DNA of 59,044 bases, counting the filler, from Dugesia japonica (Eukaryota): the NCBI GenBank assembly GCA_001938525.1. It is 6 parts of 6 records of this genome, joined end to end, with 100 filler letters (N's around TTAATTAATTAA, not from the genome) between each part and the next. Parts side by side here need not be neighbours in the genome. Positions count along the whole stretch, not along the records: positions 19,336 to 28,435 come from MQRL01619113.1; positions 28,536 to 40,418 come from MQRL01604522.1; 4 more parts are not named here. One strand, written 5' to 3'. The notes below the pieces were generated by a model. It ran no database searches, was not told the origin of the DNA, and was given only the letters and a program-made list of their open reading frames with translations. Positions within the stretch are counted from its first letter, which is position 1, and each line of letters begins with the position of its first letter. Position numbers and translations under genes: made by a program. Positions 23,170 to 36,915 of the stretch are shown in pieces.

Positions 23170-23920
23170 AACACAAGTAGCTTTGGACATCCAATTACAG
23201 AAACAACGAATAAGCTTTTGTGGTCGCAAATGCATTTGTGATGGTAGAAATATATGCAATAAGAAAATGTCACTTATAAAATAAAATGCACAATATGTAA
23301 AGATAGATCTTTAGGTGAAACATGTAAAACCATTCGAACAAGAATTAAAGAACATCTCAAACCGAAAGAAAGTAAAGTCTTCAAACACTTTCAACACAAA
23401 CATAAAACTTCACCAGTTCAACATCAAAAAACATTGAAAACACTACAAAGAGGCTGAATTTCCACACTTCACAGAAAGAAACATGTAAAAATACTAATTA
23501 AAAAATATTTACCTAAAATCAATGTAATTTATTATAATTATAATAAATTATTCTATTAAAATTCAATAAATTAACTTGAATAAATCAAAGTTAAATCTCT
23601 ATTGTCGAAAATTCGGATGACTAAAAAAATCACAAAAATAACATTTTGATTTAATCTTTTTAATTTATTGAAACTTCAAAAATGCGTGCAATAATTGTAA
23701 TTGTAAAACATTAATTCATTTTGAATTTGTTTTAGTTTTCGTGGTTATTTTAAATTATTTTGGCATCGAAAAGAGTGATCACAGCCGCTACATATTTGAT
23801 TGATTATTTATTGAGATTGCATAATTGAAATTATATAGTCATTTAAACTCCGTGAATGGTTTGTTTTAGTATTCTTTAATTGCCTGATGATGACGATTAT
23901 TCCGTTGAAATTGATCACAC
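23170..23920 (+). mobile_element. Penelope-like element 3' relic (GIY-YIG endonuclease, pLTR, hammerhead at ~23878-23920)
   Basis: NVTYKIKCTICKDRSLGETCKTIRTRIKEHLK; downstream CCTGATGATGACGATTATTCCGTTGAAATTGATC. Confidence 0.7.
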
Positions 23921-25540
23921 TTAATACATATTTTAAAAAAACAGGGTTACATCATTTATTTGATAAAGTTGCTATTATTTTTTTAGATAATAAATTTAAA
24001 TACTTTAATAATATTAAACAAAGACTTATTAAATACACTTAATAAATAGGAAAATGCACTTAATAAACTTTTTTAATTGTATTTAAAATTAAAATGAATT
24101 GTATTTAATTAATCTTGCACACTTCAATGATTATTGAATAAAAACAATTACTGACATAAATATTCGATTGATATTGTCCATCAATATACACATGCTTGTT
24201 AGAACAAATTCTCAGAACACCGAAAAAAATGTTAGGTATTTATAACATATGTAAAAATTTTAAAGTAAACGCAAATCAACACGTGCAAAACAACAAAACG
24301 TAATAAAATAAAACTGAATAGAAATAAAAATATTTTTTTATCAAGTAAAAGAAATCTGGCTCAAAGAAATAATTACAGAAAAAATTATATTTCAATTAAA
24401 ATGAAATACAAATAAATTTTGATACATTTTAAAACAGAAATTAGAACAAATTAACACCTCTTATAGAAGCATGTTACAATCTAGTTGTACATTTCGTGGT
24501 AAATTTTCATTTAATAAGCCTTGTCGATTAATGAGATTAATTTGATTTGAAACAACAAGTAGTTTTTGTTATATTTTCTCTATGTCGAATTACTTTTTTT
24601 TGAAAAATAATATTGTATAATTTAGAATTATTTCTCTTTAAATAATTCTAACCTTCAAATACCGAAACTTCAAAAATTAAATCCGAAAGGTGTACAAAGT
24701 GATCTCATTAAGATTTGAATATTCTAATACAGTGATTTTCATAATTAATATTCTAATTTTATATATTATAATAACTATCAAATAGACACTTTTTGTATTT
24801 AACAAATGTTAAAATACAAGAAATTTTGTGATACCTTTATGAACCCATTCAAGGACAGGAGAGTTAAACAGTAAATAGATTGGTTAAAATGTTTTTCGTA
24901 AAATAACCGAATGATCATGAAATTCGTTATTAATACAAATGGAATACTCATAATAATCAACAAATACAATTTATATATAATCGAATAATCAGAAGATATT
25001 CTAAATAGAAAATTTACAAATAGATCGAATGAAAACAGTTAAAATGAATTTTTTTTCAATTAAAATAATAAGTGAATATTATAAAATTTTGTTTGTCAAA
25101 ATTTCATGTAGTTTTTGACATGATTTACTGCGTTCTGTTGAAGTTTACATTTGTAACATATTTTAACTTAAGAAATCATATGGTTTCATGAAATTTCTGA
25201 AAGTGAAATTTTATAGATGAAATGTATGTCACTCATAAAATGAAAACCTGTAAAATCAATTATAATGCGGATTTGAAAAACAAAACTCGTAAAATAAGAA
25301 AAACAACAACTAAAAAATTATATTTCTCATTATTTTATTTTCGTTTAATATCAGGTCAAATTGAAATGCACTTTATTTTCATAATCATATTTTTCATAAT
25401 TAAATTAATTAATTAGATGAGTTATTTATAAATTCATTAACTTTACACATTCACAAAAATTAACGAATTTCAATTATAAATAAAATAAAATAAATATTTT
25501 TATTATTGTACTTTACAATGGCGATTATTACTAGAATACA

Positions 25541-26700
25541 TGNTGNATTTTCAGATAGCGGAACACCCCATTAAAAACTGATAATTTTGTAAAAGTGGAA
25601 GAAATTTTTTTAATAAAGTTTAATCTATCATAAGTAAACTCTATTTGTTTTATCAGTGCGAACGTTGAGATTGTTTTTCAGTGTAAATGAGATTGATGTG
25701 AGGCTTAATCTTTGAAAGACAAACACACATTTCCTCGTCAATAAATTGAAGTCCTTTACGCTTCTTTGACACCATTTATGTGAGTGTTGAAAATCCATGC
25801 TCGTAAGAATGAGATCTTCCAAATGATAACAACAGTTATTTATCATTTATAAATTGATATATAAACTTTGTTTAAATATCAGTTTTGTAATTATAATTTG
25901 AATTTTAATAAATAAACATTATGGAAGAATTTTATGTTCTAACTGGTAACCAAGTAACAGGGAACACGATGGCAAAAAAGAAAAAGATGAAAGACAAAAG
26001 ACTTTTTCGAAATTACCGTATTCAACTCAGGAGGGTCTAATTCCAAAGTCGAGTTTCTTTGATGGATCATCAGATACAGTTAAAAAGTGGCTTCAAACAA
26101 TAAAATAATTCGCGTCGTTCAATCAGATGGAATTATCGTTTGCCTTTGATATGCTAATNCGACACGATGCTAAGGAATTGTGGTTGAAAAAAACAAAAGA
26201 AGTTGAGAAATTATCTAATGAAATTTGTGAACGTTGGTTTCAAGAATCATTAATTATTCAAGAAACCTTGATCGATAAAGTCTCAATCTTGTCAAAAATA
26301 ATGCAGAAACCAAATGAAAAATATTGAAATTTTGAAATTAGAGTTATAAGGCTTGTCAATGAAGTATTTCCAAGTAAAAAGTCATTAGATGAAATAGCTA
26401 AAAAAGTTGAAGGAAAAAGTCATTAGATGAAATAGCTAAAAAAGTTGAAGGAATCATTTGTCCTCCAACCAGAGTTAACAGATATTCAACGAAGAGAATT
26501 GGCTACTAAATTGGTTAACCTAATACCAGCGCACTCTGTAAGTATGGTGAAAGCAAGTTATGCTGATTCATTTTAAAAGAATATATATCAATCCAAATTT
26601 GGAAACAATCAATAAGTGTTCAAAGGGACACAAATATTAGAGACCGTCCGATCCGTTTTCAAGAAGATCCTCATTTTGAACAAAGCAAGCCTGTCCTGTC
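25541..26700 (+). mobile_element. Probable LTR retrotransposon 5' relic (LTR, PBS, gag)
   Basis: AATAAA then a PBS-like TGGTAACCAAG at ~25944, followed by decayed gag-like coding (SFFDGSSDTVKKWLQTI..AKELW). LTR start is approximate. Confidence 0.45.
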
Positions 26701-26899
26701 TCTAATAGTAATTATGGAAGTTCTATATATTATAATAGTTTAGTATATATACTAACAAAATACGACATGCATAGAAATTTTTCAAATTAATTTAAAATTA
26801 ATTCGAAAAAAGGACAATTATGTTAAATTTTCTTATTATTCCATTCTTAATAACAATTCAAATAATCAAAGAAAAATGACTATTTTTTAATAAAACTTT

Positions 26900-28435
26900 G
26901 AAACGCCATTTAAATATATATTTTTGTATTAAATGTTTCGACAGCATAACTGACATCTTCGGATACAATAATTTAATTCTTTTTTTGAAAATTCTTTATT
27001 TAAACAATATTTGTTTCTTTTTTTTATTTTTTTAAAAAATGATTATCCATAAAAAATTCTGATTATTCAACCTCTCCAATAAATCAAACTAATTAAAAAC
27101 ATTTAATAAAGATTTAGAAAGACCAGTTGGAACATTAGTTTTTGGATCAATGCTTTTCACAAATTACTCTGTCCCAATAATCGTTAAAGGTTTTGCACAA
27201 AATTTTAAAATTATTTATACTGATAACTGATTTGCAATTAATGTTATGCTCAGCAATATTACTTCCACTACCAACTCGACGATGCTCTTGAATTCTTGTA
27301 CAGAGATAACGGAAAACCTTTCAAATGTATGTGGCATTACATTCATATTTATAACCAAGATCAGAACACAATTGAATTGATGTTTTAGACTTATTACTAG
27401 ACATATTTATGATTTTTATTTTAAAATTTTAAAATTTTGAATTATTTCTATATTTTAATAACTGGTTTTTAAATTGTTTAAATCCTTGTGAATACGGAAT
27501 AGTTAATACGTAACTATACTTATGCATCTTATTTGGGTCTTTGATAATATTTTCACAATTTAAATTATTATCGTCATTATTATTGAAATCTTTAATTTCA
27601 TTATTCTTTTTATAAACGATCTTATCAATTTTGTAATTACAATTATTGTGAGAATAATTATTGGACTTAACAATTGATCGCATTGATCCTGAAGAAGACT
27701 ATTGTCGAAAATTTGAATTTCTTTAAAAATAAATTTTATTTTAACCGAAGCTTTTTCTTTATATCTTATCAATTTTTTCACGATTTAATTTCTCCACAAA
27801 TGATTTACAATAACCATTTTTATTTAGTGAAGAAGTTAAACTTTGAATATTAGCACAAGACTTCAAATATGAGGAGGAAAGAGTCCATAATCTATACAAC
27901 AATCCTTTAATCATATTATACTTATTTCAAAATTCACAAAAACTACTACAAAATGTATACAACCCTGTATCTGTTGGTTTGTGATAAATCTCTGTTTCAT
28001 AATGNNNNNNNNNNNNNNNNNNNNNNNNNNNNNNNNNNNNNNNNNNNNNNNNNNNNNNNNNNNNNNNNNNNNNNNNNNNNNNNNNNNNNNNNNNNNNNNN
28101 NNNNNNNNNNNNNNNNNNNNNNNNNNCTTGGTTATTAAAAATCAGAAATATATCATCCACATAGCGCTTAAACACTAATGGCTTATTTCCAATAAAAAAT
28201 CAATCTTTTCCTTAATATTTGCCAAAAACAAAGAAGCTAAAGAAGGAGCAAGAGGTGAATTCAAAGCAACTCCATCAATTTGTTTGTACCATTCATCATT
28301 AAACAAAAATGTATATTAGACGTAGCAAAGTTAAAAAGTTCCCTAAAGGCAGTCACACTTAACAACTTATGCTCAGACAAATTTTTCTCCTATAATTTAC
28401 AACAAAGATTAATAGTTTCATCAAATGAAACATTT
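26900..28435 (-). mobile_element. Penelope-like retroelement (RT, GIY-YIG, 3' pLTR), decayed
   Basis: QIDGVA..SPLAPSLASLF, FKRYVDDIFLIF, TEIYHKPTDTGLY, LTIPYSQG and GIY-YIG remnants; hammerhead-like motif at 26926-26966. Confidence 0.85.
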
Positions 28436-28536
28436 NNNNNNNNNNNNNNNNNNNNNNNNNNNNNNNNNNNNNNNNNNNNTTAATTAATTAANNNNNNNNN
28501 NNNNNNNNNNNNNNNNNNNNNNNNNNNNNNNNNNNT

Positions 28537-29040
28537 TTGCATTACATATTTTTTTATATCAGGCTCAATATTAGAAAGCTGAATTCTTATATCTGGTGTA
28601 GCATTCAGTCGGTTTCTGTTGCAGCATAATATGAAAATCCAGCCTCGCACAAATATGAAGTTGTGAAAGGAAGTAAAACATGAATAGCTAGTTTGGACAA
28701 GTTGGAATACTCTTCTGTTAAATTTAACCAAAATTCATTTAATGGAAGTTCATTGTATTTTTGTTTGAAACTAGAGTCAGTAATTAAATCAATTAGGTTT
28801 TCATAATTACTTGCGCTAAAACCCACTGGCTTATTTGTTACTACAAAAGGATTTTTAATCCAAGATTTATCCTCAGCGGAATTTGGAAAATATTGTAAAA
28901 GGCTCGACTGTCAGTTATGCAAATGTTCTAAAATTTCTTTGGAGGATTTATCATTTATTTTAAAATTTATTTCAATTAAAAACTCTTCTAATGAGGGAAA
29001 ACAATCAAAACTATTTTGTTCAACTTCAGAAATCCAGCAT
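28537..29040 (-). mobile_element. hAT (Buster/Charlie, ZBED5/SCAND3-like) transposase C-terminal fragment
   Basis: WIKNPF..LIDLITDSSFKQKYNELPLNEFWLNLTEEYSNLSKLAIHVLLPFTTSYLCEAGFS..DIRIQLSNIEPDI. Confidence 0.85.
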
Positions 29041-29042
29041 AT

Positions 29043-29600
29043 ATAGAGAGATTCAATCGTACATGGTGAGATGCTTTGAAGAAAAACTTTGTACATACTG
29101 GTAATAAAACGTGGATAAATGTGTTACCGAAACTCATTCATAGTTATAATCATTCATCTCATAAAGAACTAAACGGAGCAAGTCCATTGATGCAGATTCA
29201 AACAATCAATTAAAGTTGTGGTTGTCACGTTAACAATCAAAAACAATAAAAAAACTGAAATATAAAGTTGGTGATTATGTTAGAATATCAAAGATATCAG
29301 CTTCCTCACTTATCAAAAATTGCGATAGCAATTGGAGTGACGAGGTGTTTCAAATATCGAAAATATATCGAAAAAAAAACAAAACAGATTCTAATCATGT
29401 ATGTGATTGAAGATTATGAAGATAATATTATACAAGGAAATTTCTATGAGCAAGAATTACAAGTAATTATGTCACCAACATTATTTCGAATAGAAAAGAT
29501 TATCAGATTAAAATGATCAAACTAGAATAAACAATATTACGTAAAGTGGCATGGATATGAAAAACCTACTTGGATATTAGCATTACAAATAGTCAATAAT
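29043..29600 (+). pseudogene. Polinton integrase with C-terminal chromodomain
   Basis: IERFNRT..WINVLPKLIHSYNHSSH..YKVGDYVRIS..NWSDEVF..GNFYEQELQ..FRIEKII..YYVKWHGY, with stops and frameshifts. Confidence 0.85.
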
Positions 29601-30590
29601 GAGCAATAATTTCTATACACTTGTACCGAGTAATAGTAGTCCTCTTGTTAATCCAGATAATAAGGATAGTAATTTCGTTGTTGAGTTTCAAAATCCAATT
29701 TAATTGGAAGGTAGTTAAAAAGTAGCTAAGATGGATTTCACCTTTGTATATTCTTCTATTCTTATTTATAGTAAATCTAGAACTGATTATGAATTATTTC
29801 AACCAATTACTAAGATCATCTTTTTTCTTATTGATAATAAACAAAAATAACGCGTTTAACTATTACTTATAAAGGATTTGATAACAAATATGAACATAAT
29901 GTAACCCTATATGATAATACGCTAACATTTAATAATACTAGTGATGTTAGTTCGAAAGGTATTTTATCGTTTGATACTATTCAAAACGCTGAATGATTTA
30001 AATATGATAACCCGAAATTAGTTATGGGTGCTAATTATAACCGTATGTTTGACAGAAATTTTCACTTCACTTTAATTAATTTAAAAAAGATCATTCAATT
30101 GAAACTATGTTGCTTAAAAATGTTTATTTTAAAACCGCTAAACATTATTTTGAATTTGAAGATGGCTTGTATATAGATGATATAAAACAGTGAAATGAAT
30201 ATTTTTCTAAAAACATTTTAAGATCATTTTAAACTTTTATATTAAAGGAAGATGAACTATTTCAATTTTCATTAGTAAATAGAACTAAAAGTGTTACATT
30301 TGATGAAACTTTGACAAAAACCCTTAAATTAGAAACATCTTATTGTATTCGTAATGGGCTTGATGATCTACCTATAATAATTACGAGTATTAGGAAACCT
30401 AAACTAGTAAAGCGAAATAATCAAATTTTTATCTATAGTTGAAAATTGTTGAACCTATAATTGTAGGAGACGTAAGTGTTCCTTTGTTGAAATCAGTATG
30501 GATAGGTGAATATGAAAATTATAAAGTAATTCAAATAAATGTTGATAATCCAATGTATTTATCAATTTCTACATCGCGTATAAACCAAAA
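29599..30590 (+). pseudogene. Polinton minor capsid (penton) protein
   Basis: MSNNFYTLVPSNSS..NPDNKDSNFVVEFQNPI*LEG..; C-terminal IVEPIIVGDVSVPLLKSV..NPMYLSI. Confidence 0.8.
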
Positions 30591-31297
30591 TATTTTATTC
30601 CTGGTGTCAATGTACACATTAAGTTGAAGAGAGCAAACCCTAGATTGTGGCTGGAATCGTCAACCGATGAACCCAAATATCAATTATTGGATTAGAAATT
30701 AATGGTTAGGCGTGTGCGTGTTGAACCCTTGGTATTAGCTGGTAATCAAATAGAATTAACTAAACAAAATCTTATATGAATTAAGGAGCTTGTTGATTTT
30801 GCAAATAGTAAAAATAGTGTTTCGTTTTATAAGGAACAAATCTTTGAAGATAGTCGTTTGCCTAACTTTCTGTTGATACCATTCCAAAATGAAGATCAAT
30901 AATGGTGATTGTAAAAACTCTAGTTCAACATTTCAACATTTAAATGTTACTTTTTTGTCCTTAGCAAAAAGCAGTGATTATCGAGAGACATATACTCAGG
31001 ATTTAGAAAAAGATAAATACAGCACAACATATATGCAATCTATTGTTTGAAATATGGAGTATTTGGATAAGAATATAAATTGTGGAATAACTCTTGAGGA
31101 ATTCAAAACCAAATACCAATTCTTAACCTTTGTGCTTGCTCCAGATTTCGAAAGAAATCAGAGTCATTTACCCCAACAAGGAAATTTGAGATTAGATATA
31201 AAATTTGCAAAGGCTTTGACTGTAACGACATGTTATAATTTAAGAAGTATTCGAAAATGAAATTCAAATCAATGCCAACAGAACAGTATTAGTGTAA
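30591..31297 (+). pseudogene. Polinton major capsid (double jelly-roll) protein, C-terminal part
   Basis: FIPGVNVHIKLKR..LMVRRVRV..RLPNFLLI..FQHLNV..CGITLEEF..FVLAPD..QGNLRLDIKFAKAL..FENEIQINANRTVLV. Confidence 0.8.
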
Positions 31298-31384
31298 ACA
31301 ATATCGTGTATAATCGATACATGTTGTGAAGTAAATTTTATTATATTTATGATTTTTTATTTAATTACTTCTACTCAAATCAAT

Positions 31385-31720
31385 CAGATTGGATCAAAGT
31401 GGCTTGGATCAGCATGGTTAGGTGTTTATCCATTAGACAAAATTGCTAATATTCCAGTGAATAAAGCTTTAATTGTCAATACCCATACATCAAACTTAGG
31501 TGGAGAACATTGACTGCTTATTTACAATAAACCAACACAGATATTGGTATTCGATTTGTTTGGATATTATTAGCCGACAATGTTGGTATCACATCTATCG
31601 AAAATTTCAAGATCAATTTAGTATAAGATCCGTTATCAATAATGGTTTACAACAACCTGCGGATAATATTGCTTTTTGTGGTCGAAATATCAACATTGTA
31701 GTTGAAAATGTACATTGATG
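31385..31720 (+). pseudogene. Polinton adenain protease
   Basis: WLGVYPLDKI..LIVNTHTSNLGGEH*..VFDLFG..TTCG*YC. Confidence 0.75.
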
Positions 31721-32409
31721 TATTGTTGTTGTATGAGAATATGTGTATTTAAAAAATTTGTTTTGTTTTTATTTGTTAATTACTAATAATACATGTGAAA
31801 TAAAGAGTATGAGTAAGATATATATAACAAGAACTTACCTAAGTTTTGGACATATTTTGTAATTAAATAATGATGCACATACGTCCATAAAAATAGATAA
31901 GAAAGTTAAAAACAACAAAGATAAAAGAATAGAAAAATATATAAGAAAGGTAAAATTATAATACTCGTACATACAAAAGAAATAAGAAAGATAAAAGCGA
32001 GTAGCAACAAAGAGAAGAGAATAGATAAGAAAGTTAAAATTTCAATACATGCACAAAGGGATAGAAAAAATGTAATACTCACATATTTGTGAAAATTAAA
32101 CACATATATGCATATAAATGATGCTTACATTTAAAATGCTAGCATACTTTTCTATAGACAAACAAGAAAATGATAAGTTATAAACAAAGTTATAATTTTT
32201 TAAATTTTTATCTTTGGAAAATGAATAATATGAAAAATTTGACTATGAAAATAAATATGAATGCTCCAGTTACAGCTCCTGGTGGTGATGATAACCGTTG
32301 GTTTTAATTATTTTTAATTAATTTTAATAAATATTAATTAAATTTAATTAATTTTATGGAGTTTTGATTAATTTGTAATGAATTTTGACTGTTTTATTGA
32401 TTAACACTT

Positions 32410-33170
32410 TTTAATGAATTAATGAAGTCAAAGAGGGATATCCTTATAATTATGCAAATAGTTTGCAAGTTCTGGTTGAAACCACGTCAATGCCACTGAA
32501 ATTGGTAGAAGTAAATGAGCAAATTACTGAAAAGCAATGAAAATGTGAACAATAATTGGCTGTAAAAATCTATTCGAATATATAATGATGTATCTGAAGC
32601 TTGATGTATATCTATTGGCAGATTTCTTTCAACAGTTCCGTGCAAAATCATTGGAACACAATAAATTGGAACTTTTGATATTTTTATATAATTAAATGAG
32701 CCAATTGAACTGTTTACTGATAGTGACATGTATACTTTTTTCAAAGAAAGTATAAAAGGAGGACTGGCATTCATCAACAAACACTGTGATTAATTAGTGA
32801 TGAAAACACCGATTTACAAACATCGACATCAATAATCTGTATAGTTGGGCTTTGAGCCAGAAGTTACCCTGAAAGTATTTTGAGTGGTTTCATTCAGGAT
32901 TAGATCAGATATTAGAAAAATATAAAACAGCAGATCTTGACTCGTGACCATATGGATACTCATTCGAGGTAGATATGGTTATACTAGCAGATATACAAGA
33001 TGGACTGAATGATCTTCCATTAATAGCAAAACATCAATGTGGTCCAGAGTGTAAGATTACAAAATTGATGTTAACAGACTATCTGAAGAACAATTATATC
33101 ATACACTATATATTGCTACAAATCTATATGCAATTAGGTGTACAAATAACACACATATAAAATAAAACAT
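32410..33170 (+). pseudogene. Polinton pPolB fragments
   Basis: KGGYPYNYANS..MYTFFKESIKGGLA..DINNLYSWALSQKLP..LNDLPL..KLMLT..NYIIHYILLQIYMQLG. Confidence 0.8.
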
Positions 33171-34519
33171 ACAAATAACACACGTACTCAGAGGAATCAA
33201 AGGATTTAGACACAATTATAAACGATATGATTGATTATATATCTTCATTTTTCTAAGGTACATATTAATAACTAATACAAATCTAAATAGTTATTTAGTA
33301 GTAGCTGATGTTCAAGAAAATGATGTGGAAATATAATTGAAATAGATGCATCTACAGAGGACGATTTGAGTCATCCTCCATCAAATGATGATATTATTGA
33401 TGAAGTAATACCTGATAAGCCTCCAAATGATGTCATTATTGATGAGGAAATATTTGATATGCCTCTATATGATGACAATATTTATGAAGTAATGCCTGAT
33501 GCGCCTACAAATAATGATATGACGGATGATGAAATGACTGATACGCAGACATATGAGAAAATAAATGATAAAGAAATGACTGATGAAGACATATTGATTG
33601 AATTTTGAAGTGTTTAATAAAAAACATGTGATTTAAATAGATTTTTTTCATAATGGTCTTTTATGTGTTCTTACATGGATATTTCAATTGTAATACATAG
33701 ATTTTGTTAAAATATTTCCAAAACTACATAGAAATCATTACAATTTTTAATAAAGTACATAGAAGTCGATCAAAGTTTACAAAGAAAATCAGTGAAAATA
33801 TAAAAAATACTTTTTTGTGTGTGTATGTGTGTTCATGTTTATAAAATAATACATGTACAACACGAATGCAACATAAATGCATTTTTAAAATTTTTATAAT
33901 CTTTTTTTAATAATTTTATCTACTTATAAATGGTAAGTAGTTAAATATGACATTTACAACAAAATGAAACAAAAGAATTTTAAAATTTTTCATAATCATT
34001 TTTAAATAATTTATTTACTTATAATTTGTAAGTAGTTAATTTATTCATTTTTATTCAATTAATTTAAAATTTTAAATTAAAAATCGCACGCATGTTTTAT
34101 TCAATCACAATCGAGTATACGTGATTACTTATAAATAGTAACAATAATTTGGCACCACTTAAAAGTACAAACCATCGAAATACTTAAGCAGGTTCAAAGT
34201 CTAAACCATGATCATTAAAACAAAAATTCAATTAAAATAAAAACCCTGAACTACTTAAACAGTTCTAAAGTTCAAACTCGTGCATTTGTACATGGGTCAA
34301 AGTTCAAACCTCGAATTTCATAAACAGGTGCAAAGTCTTAAATACTAAATTCATAAACACTTTGACGGGGGAGGGGTGTTTATTTGAGCTACTATCTCTT
34401 TACTATTGTTCAGTTTAAAGATGATCTGAACATGATGGAAATAGATAAGTTGAATAAATATTTTATGGAAAAGTTTAATAATATATTCTATTATAATATA
34501 ATATTTTAAACTCTAAATC

Positions 34520-34760
34520 TGAAAAGGTTCATCTATATTAGCACTGTTGAACCTGTTATTGTTGGTTTCCTTTGTTGAAATCTATATTGTCGGAAAAGTA
34601 TAAAGATGATTAAGTGGTTCAAATAATTGTTGAAAATTTTATTTATTTACCAATTTCTATATCGTGTATAAACAATATTGCTATCAATATACGATTTGAT
34701 AACCGAAATTTAATTAATTTTATGACTCAAAAACTTATTTGACACTACATTTATAAGTAC
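34520..34760 (+). pseudogene. Second penton-gene C-terminal fragment
   Basis: Similar to 30420-30590 (GTTGAACCT.TTATTGT.GG, CCTTTGTTGAAATC, AATTTCTA.ATCG.GTATAAAC). Confidence 0.55.
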
Positions 34761-36142
34761 TAAGGAGTCCTAGTTCTACTTAATTTCCGAGATCGAAAGA
34801 GATCGGGTGTACCCAATTTAATATGAACGTCGAAGAATGCTTTTTATTAAATTTATTTTATTTAATTTCTATAAAATATTTGAATTATTTGTATTGTGTT
34901 AATTGTAATTTACAGCTTAAAAAAATCATTTATATTCTTATGTTTCTGAAAGGTAAAGAAAGCATGTGAAATGTTAATATTGAAGTTTATATGATTTTCT
35001 AAAAAATTTTATTGTAATCTAATTTTAGTTATTTATTTAAATATTTATTAATTTTTAGTAAATTACTTTTTTATTATTATTTGGTATTTATTCTATAAAT
35101 GAAATTATTTAATTTGATTATTGAATTGTGTTAATAAAATAATTGTTTTTTTATTTAAGTTTAACATATCATCAGTATTAGAAGAGTTGAATACATTTGT
35201 TATTAAAAGAGTAGTAGTTTTAATTTAAAATTTATTATAAAACAAAAATAAATTCAATTTTTAAACAAATTTAACTAAAATAAATAATTTGCATTTTAAC
35301 TGGAATTTCCATAATTTTTGAATTTTTAAAATTTATTTCTAATTATAAATTATTGCAAAATAGTTAAATTGCATTCATCAATTTTTGAAAACCATTTATT
35401 TAATTCATTAATGCCCAAAATAAAAATGCAAGTGAAAATAATGCCTAATTACTGTTTATGTAAACTAAATTACTAATCAAAATGAAATATAAAATAATAA
35501 AAATGTATCGTCACAATAAAAATATTTTATTGTTTAATGCAGTTTAATTAAAGGCAATAATCAAAAACAAATTTATTTATATTATTATTTCTAAAAAAAA
35601 TATAAAAATCTTAGCTGAATAATCTTGTTCACTATTCACAGTACAAAACATAAACAGTGATATTTATCTATGCACTACTGGCAAATTACATTTTCCCATA
35701 GATCATTAATATCGTCTAATGTTGAAATAATGAAATATTCTTATAATAATCATAAGAAGACACGCAAGATTGCTTTTCGATCATGTGAATACAAGAGTAT
35801 ACTTCAGGCGTTAAGGGGTTAATATAATTATTTTATTTTCAAAAACAATTTAATTATTGAATTCTAAATTTCTTTTTCAAATAATAAACTAAATGTATTT
35901 TAATATTTATAAAAATTCACTATTTAAAACGTTGCTATTCAAAAATTCAATAAAAATTTAATATTTATTACTCATATTTTTCAATAATTTAGTTCAAATT
36001 ATTTTCAAATTAATTTACACTAATAAAATATTTTAAAATAAAATTGGCACAAAATTCTATTCGTTTTTTTAACTAATCTCGCAGTCAGATTACTAAATTT
36101 TAAAAATCATTTATATTTTTAATATTTCTAATTTATTTTAAG

Positions 36143-36669
36143 ATCTCAAAGAAAATACTCCAACTGCAACAATATCTTCAAATTTTATGCCTGACGTTGT
36201 TCAATTTTGGAATGATCTTTTACCTAGTATATGTTCAAATTTTAATTTAACAAATGTTTCTTCATCAACAATGCAGAAAGAAGCTCCAGTAAAACTTGTT
36301 ATAAGGTATATTGAGTTACCTAATGACAATAGTGTAACAACATACAGTTCAAATGAAATTAAACAAATTCCAGAATCATCCAAATCACCAGCTAATTCAT
36401 GGGATAAATTTATTTTGATTTTAACAATTATTGTTGGTAGCTGTCTGTTACTTGTCAATATATCAATATTTTTTGGAATATTTTATCAGGCAAGAAGAAT
36501 TCAATTAGTAAAACTCAATAATAATCGACAAAAGTCACAAAATGCAATAGGAGATATAAACAGAAATATTTTTGTAAATAACAATCACGTTACTCTTGGT
36601 CCACAAGAATCAATACCCTTATCAATCAAAAATAATAATAATTATGAATTTTTAGACTTGATTCAATAA
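36143..36669 (+). CDS. Probable terminal exon of a host type I membrane carboxylesterase-family (neuroligin-like) gene
   Basis: Pyrimidine-rich acceptor TTTTAAG at 36136-36142, then an open frame (D)LKENTPTATISSNFMPDVVQFWNDLLPSI (cf. the esterase C-terminal FWNxLLP helix), Ser/Thr-rich stalk, TM segment FILILTIIVGSCLLLVNISIFFGIFY, and cytoplasmic tail. Confidence 0.6.
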
Positions 36670-36847
36670 TATTTTTAAAATTAAACAGTATTTTATTATT
36701 TTGTTGGATGAAAATCACTTTTAAAATAACTTCAAAATGACTTAGAATTGTTGCAACAAAAAGTATNNNNNNNNNNNNNNNNNNNNNNNNNNNNNNNNNN
36801 NNNNNNNNNNNNNNNNNNNNNNNNNNNNNNNNNNNNNNNNNNNNNNN

Positions 36848-36914
<67 letters not shown>
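36848..36914. repeat. (AAT)n microsatellite
   Basis: Perfect AAT run beside a gap. Confidence 0.95.

Positions 36915-36915
<1 letters not shown>

Larger units (their letters stand above)
29043..34399 (+). mobile_element. Second, heavily decayed Polinton with probable right terminus
   Basis: Pseudogenes for integrase plus chromodomain, penton, major capsid, protease and PolB, then ~32-bp subterminal repeats and an end reading ..GAGCTACTATCTCT. Confidence 0.85.

Noticed and set aside
26376-26451. Perfect 38-bp tandem duplication in the gag-like relic
   Set aside because: Frame-breaking local duplication or assembly artefact in a dead element.
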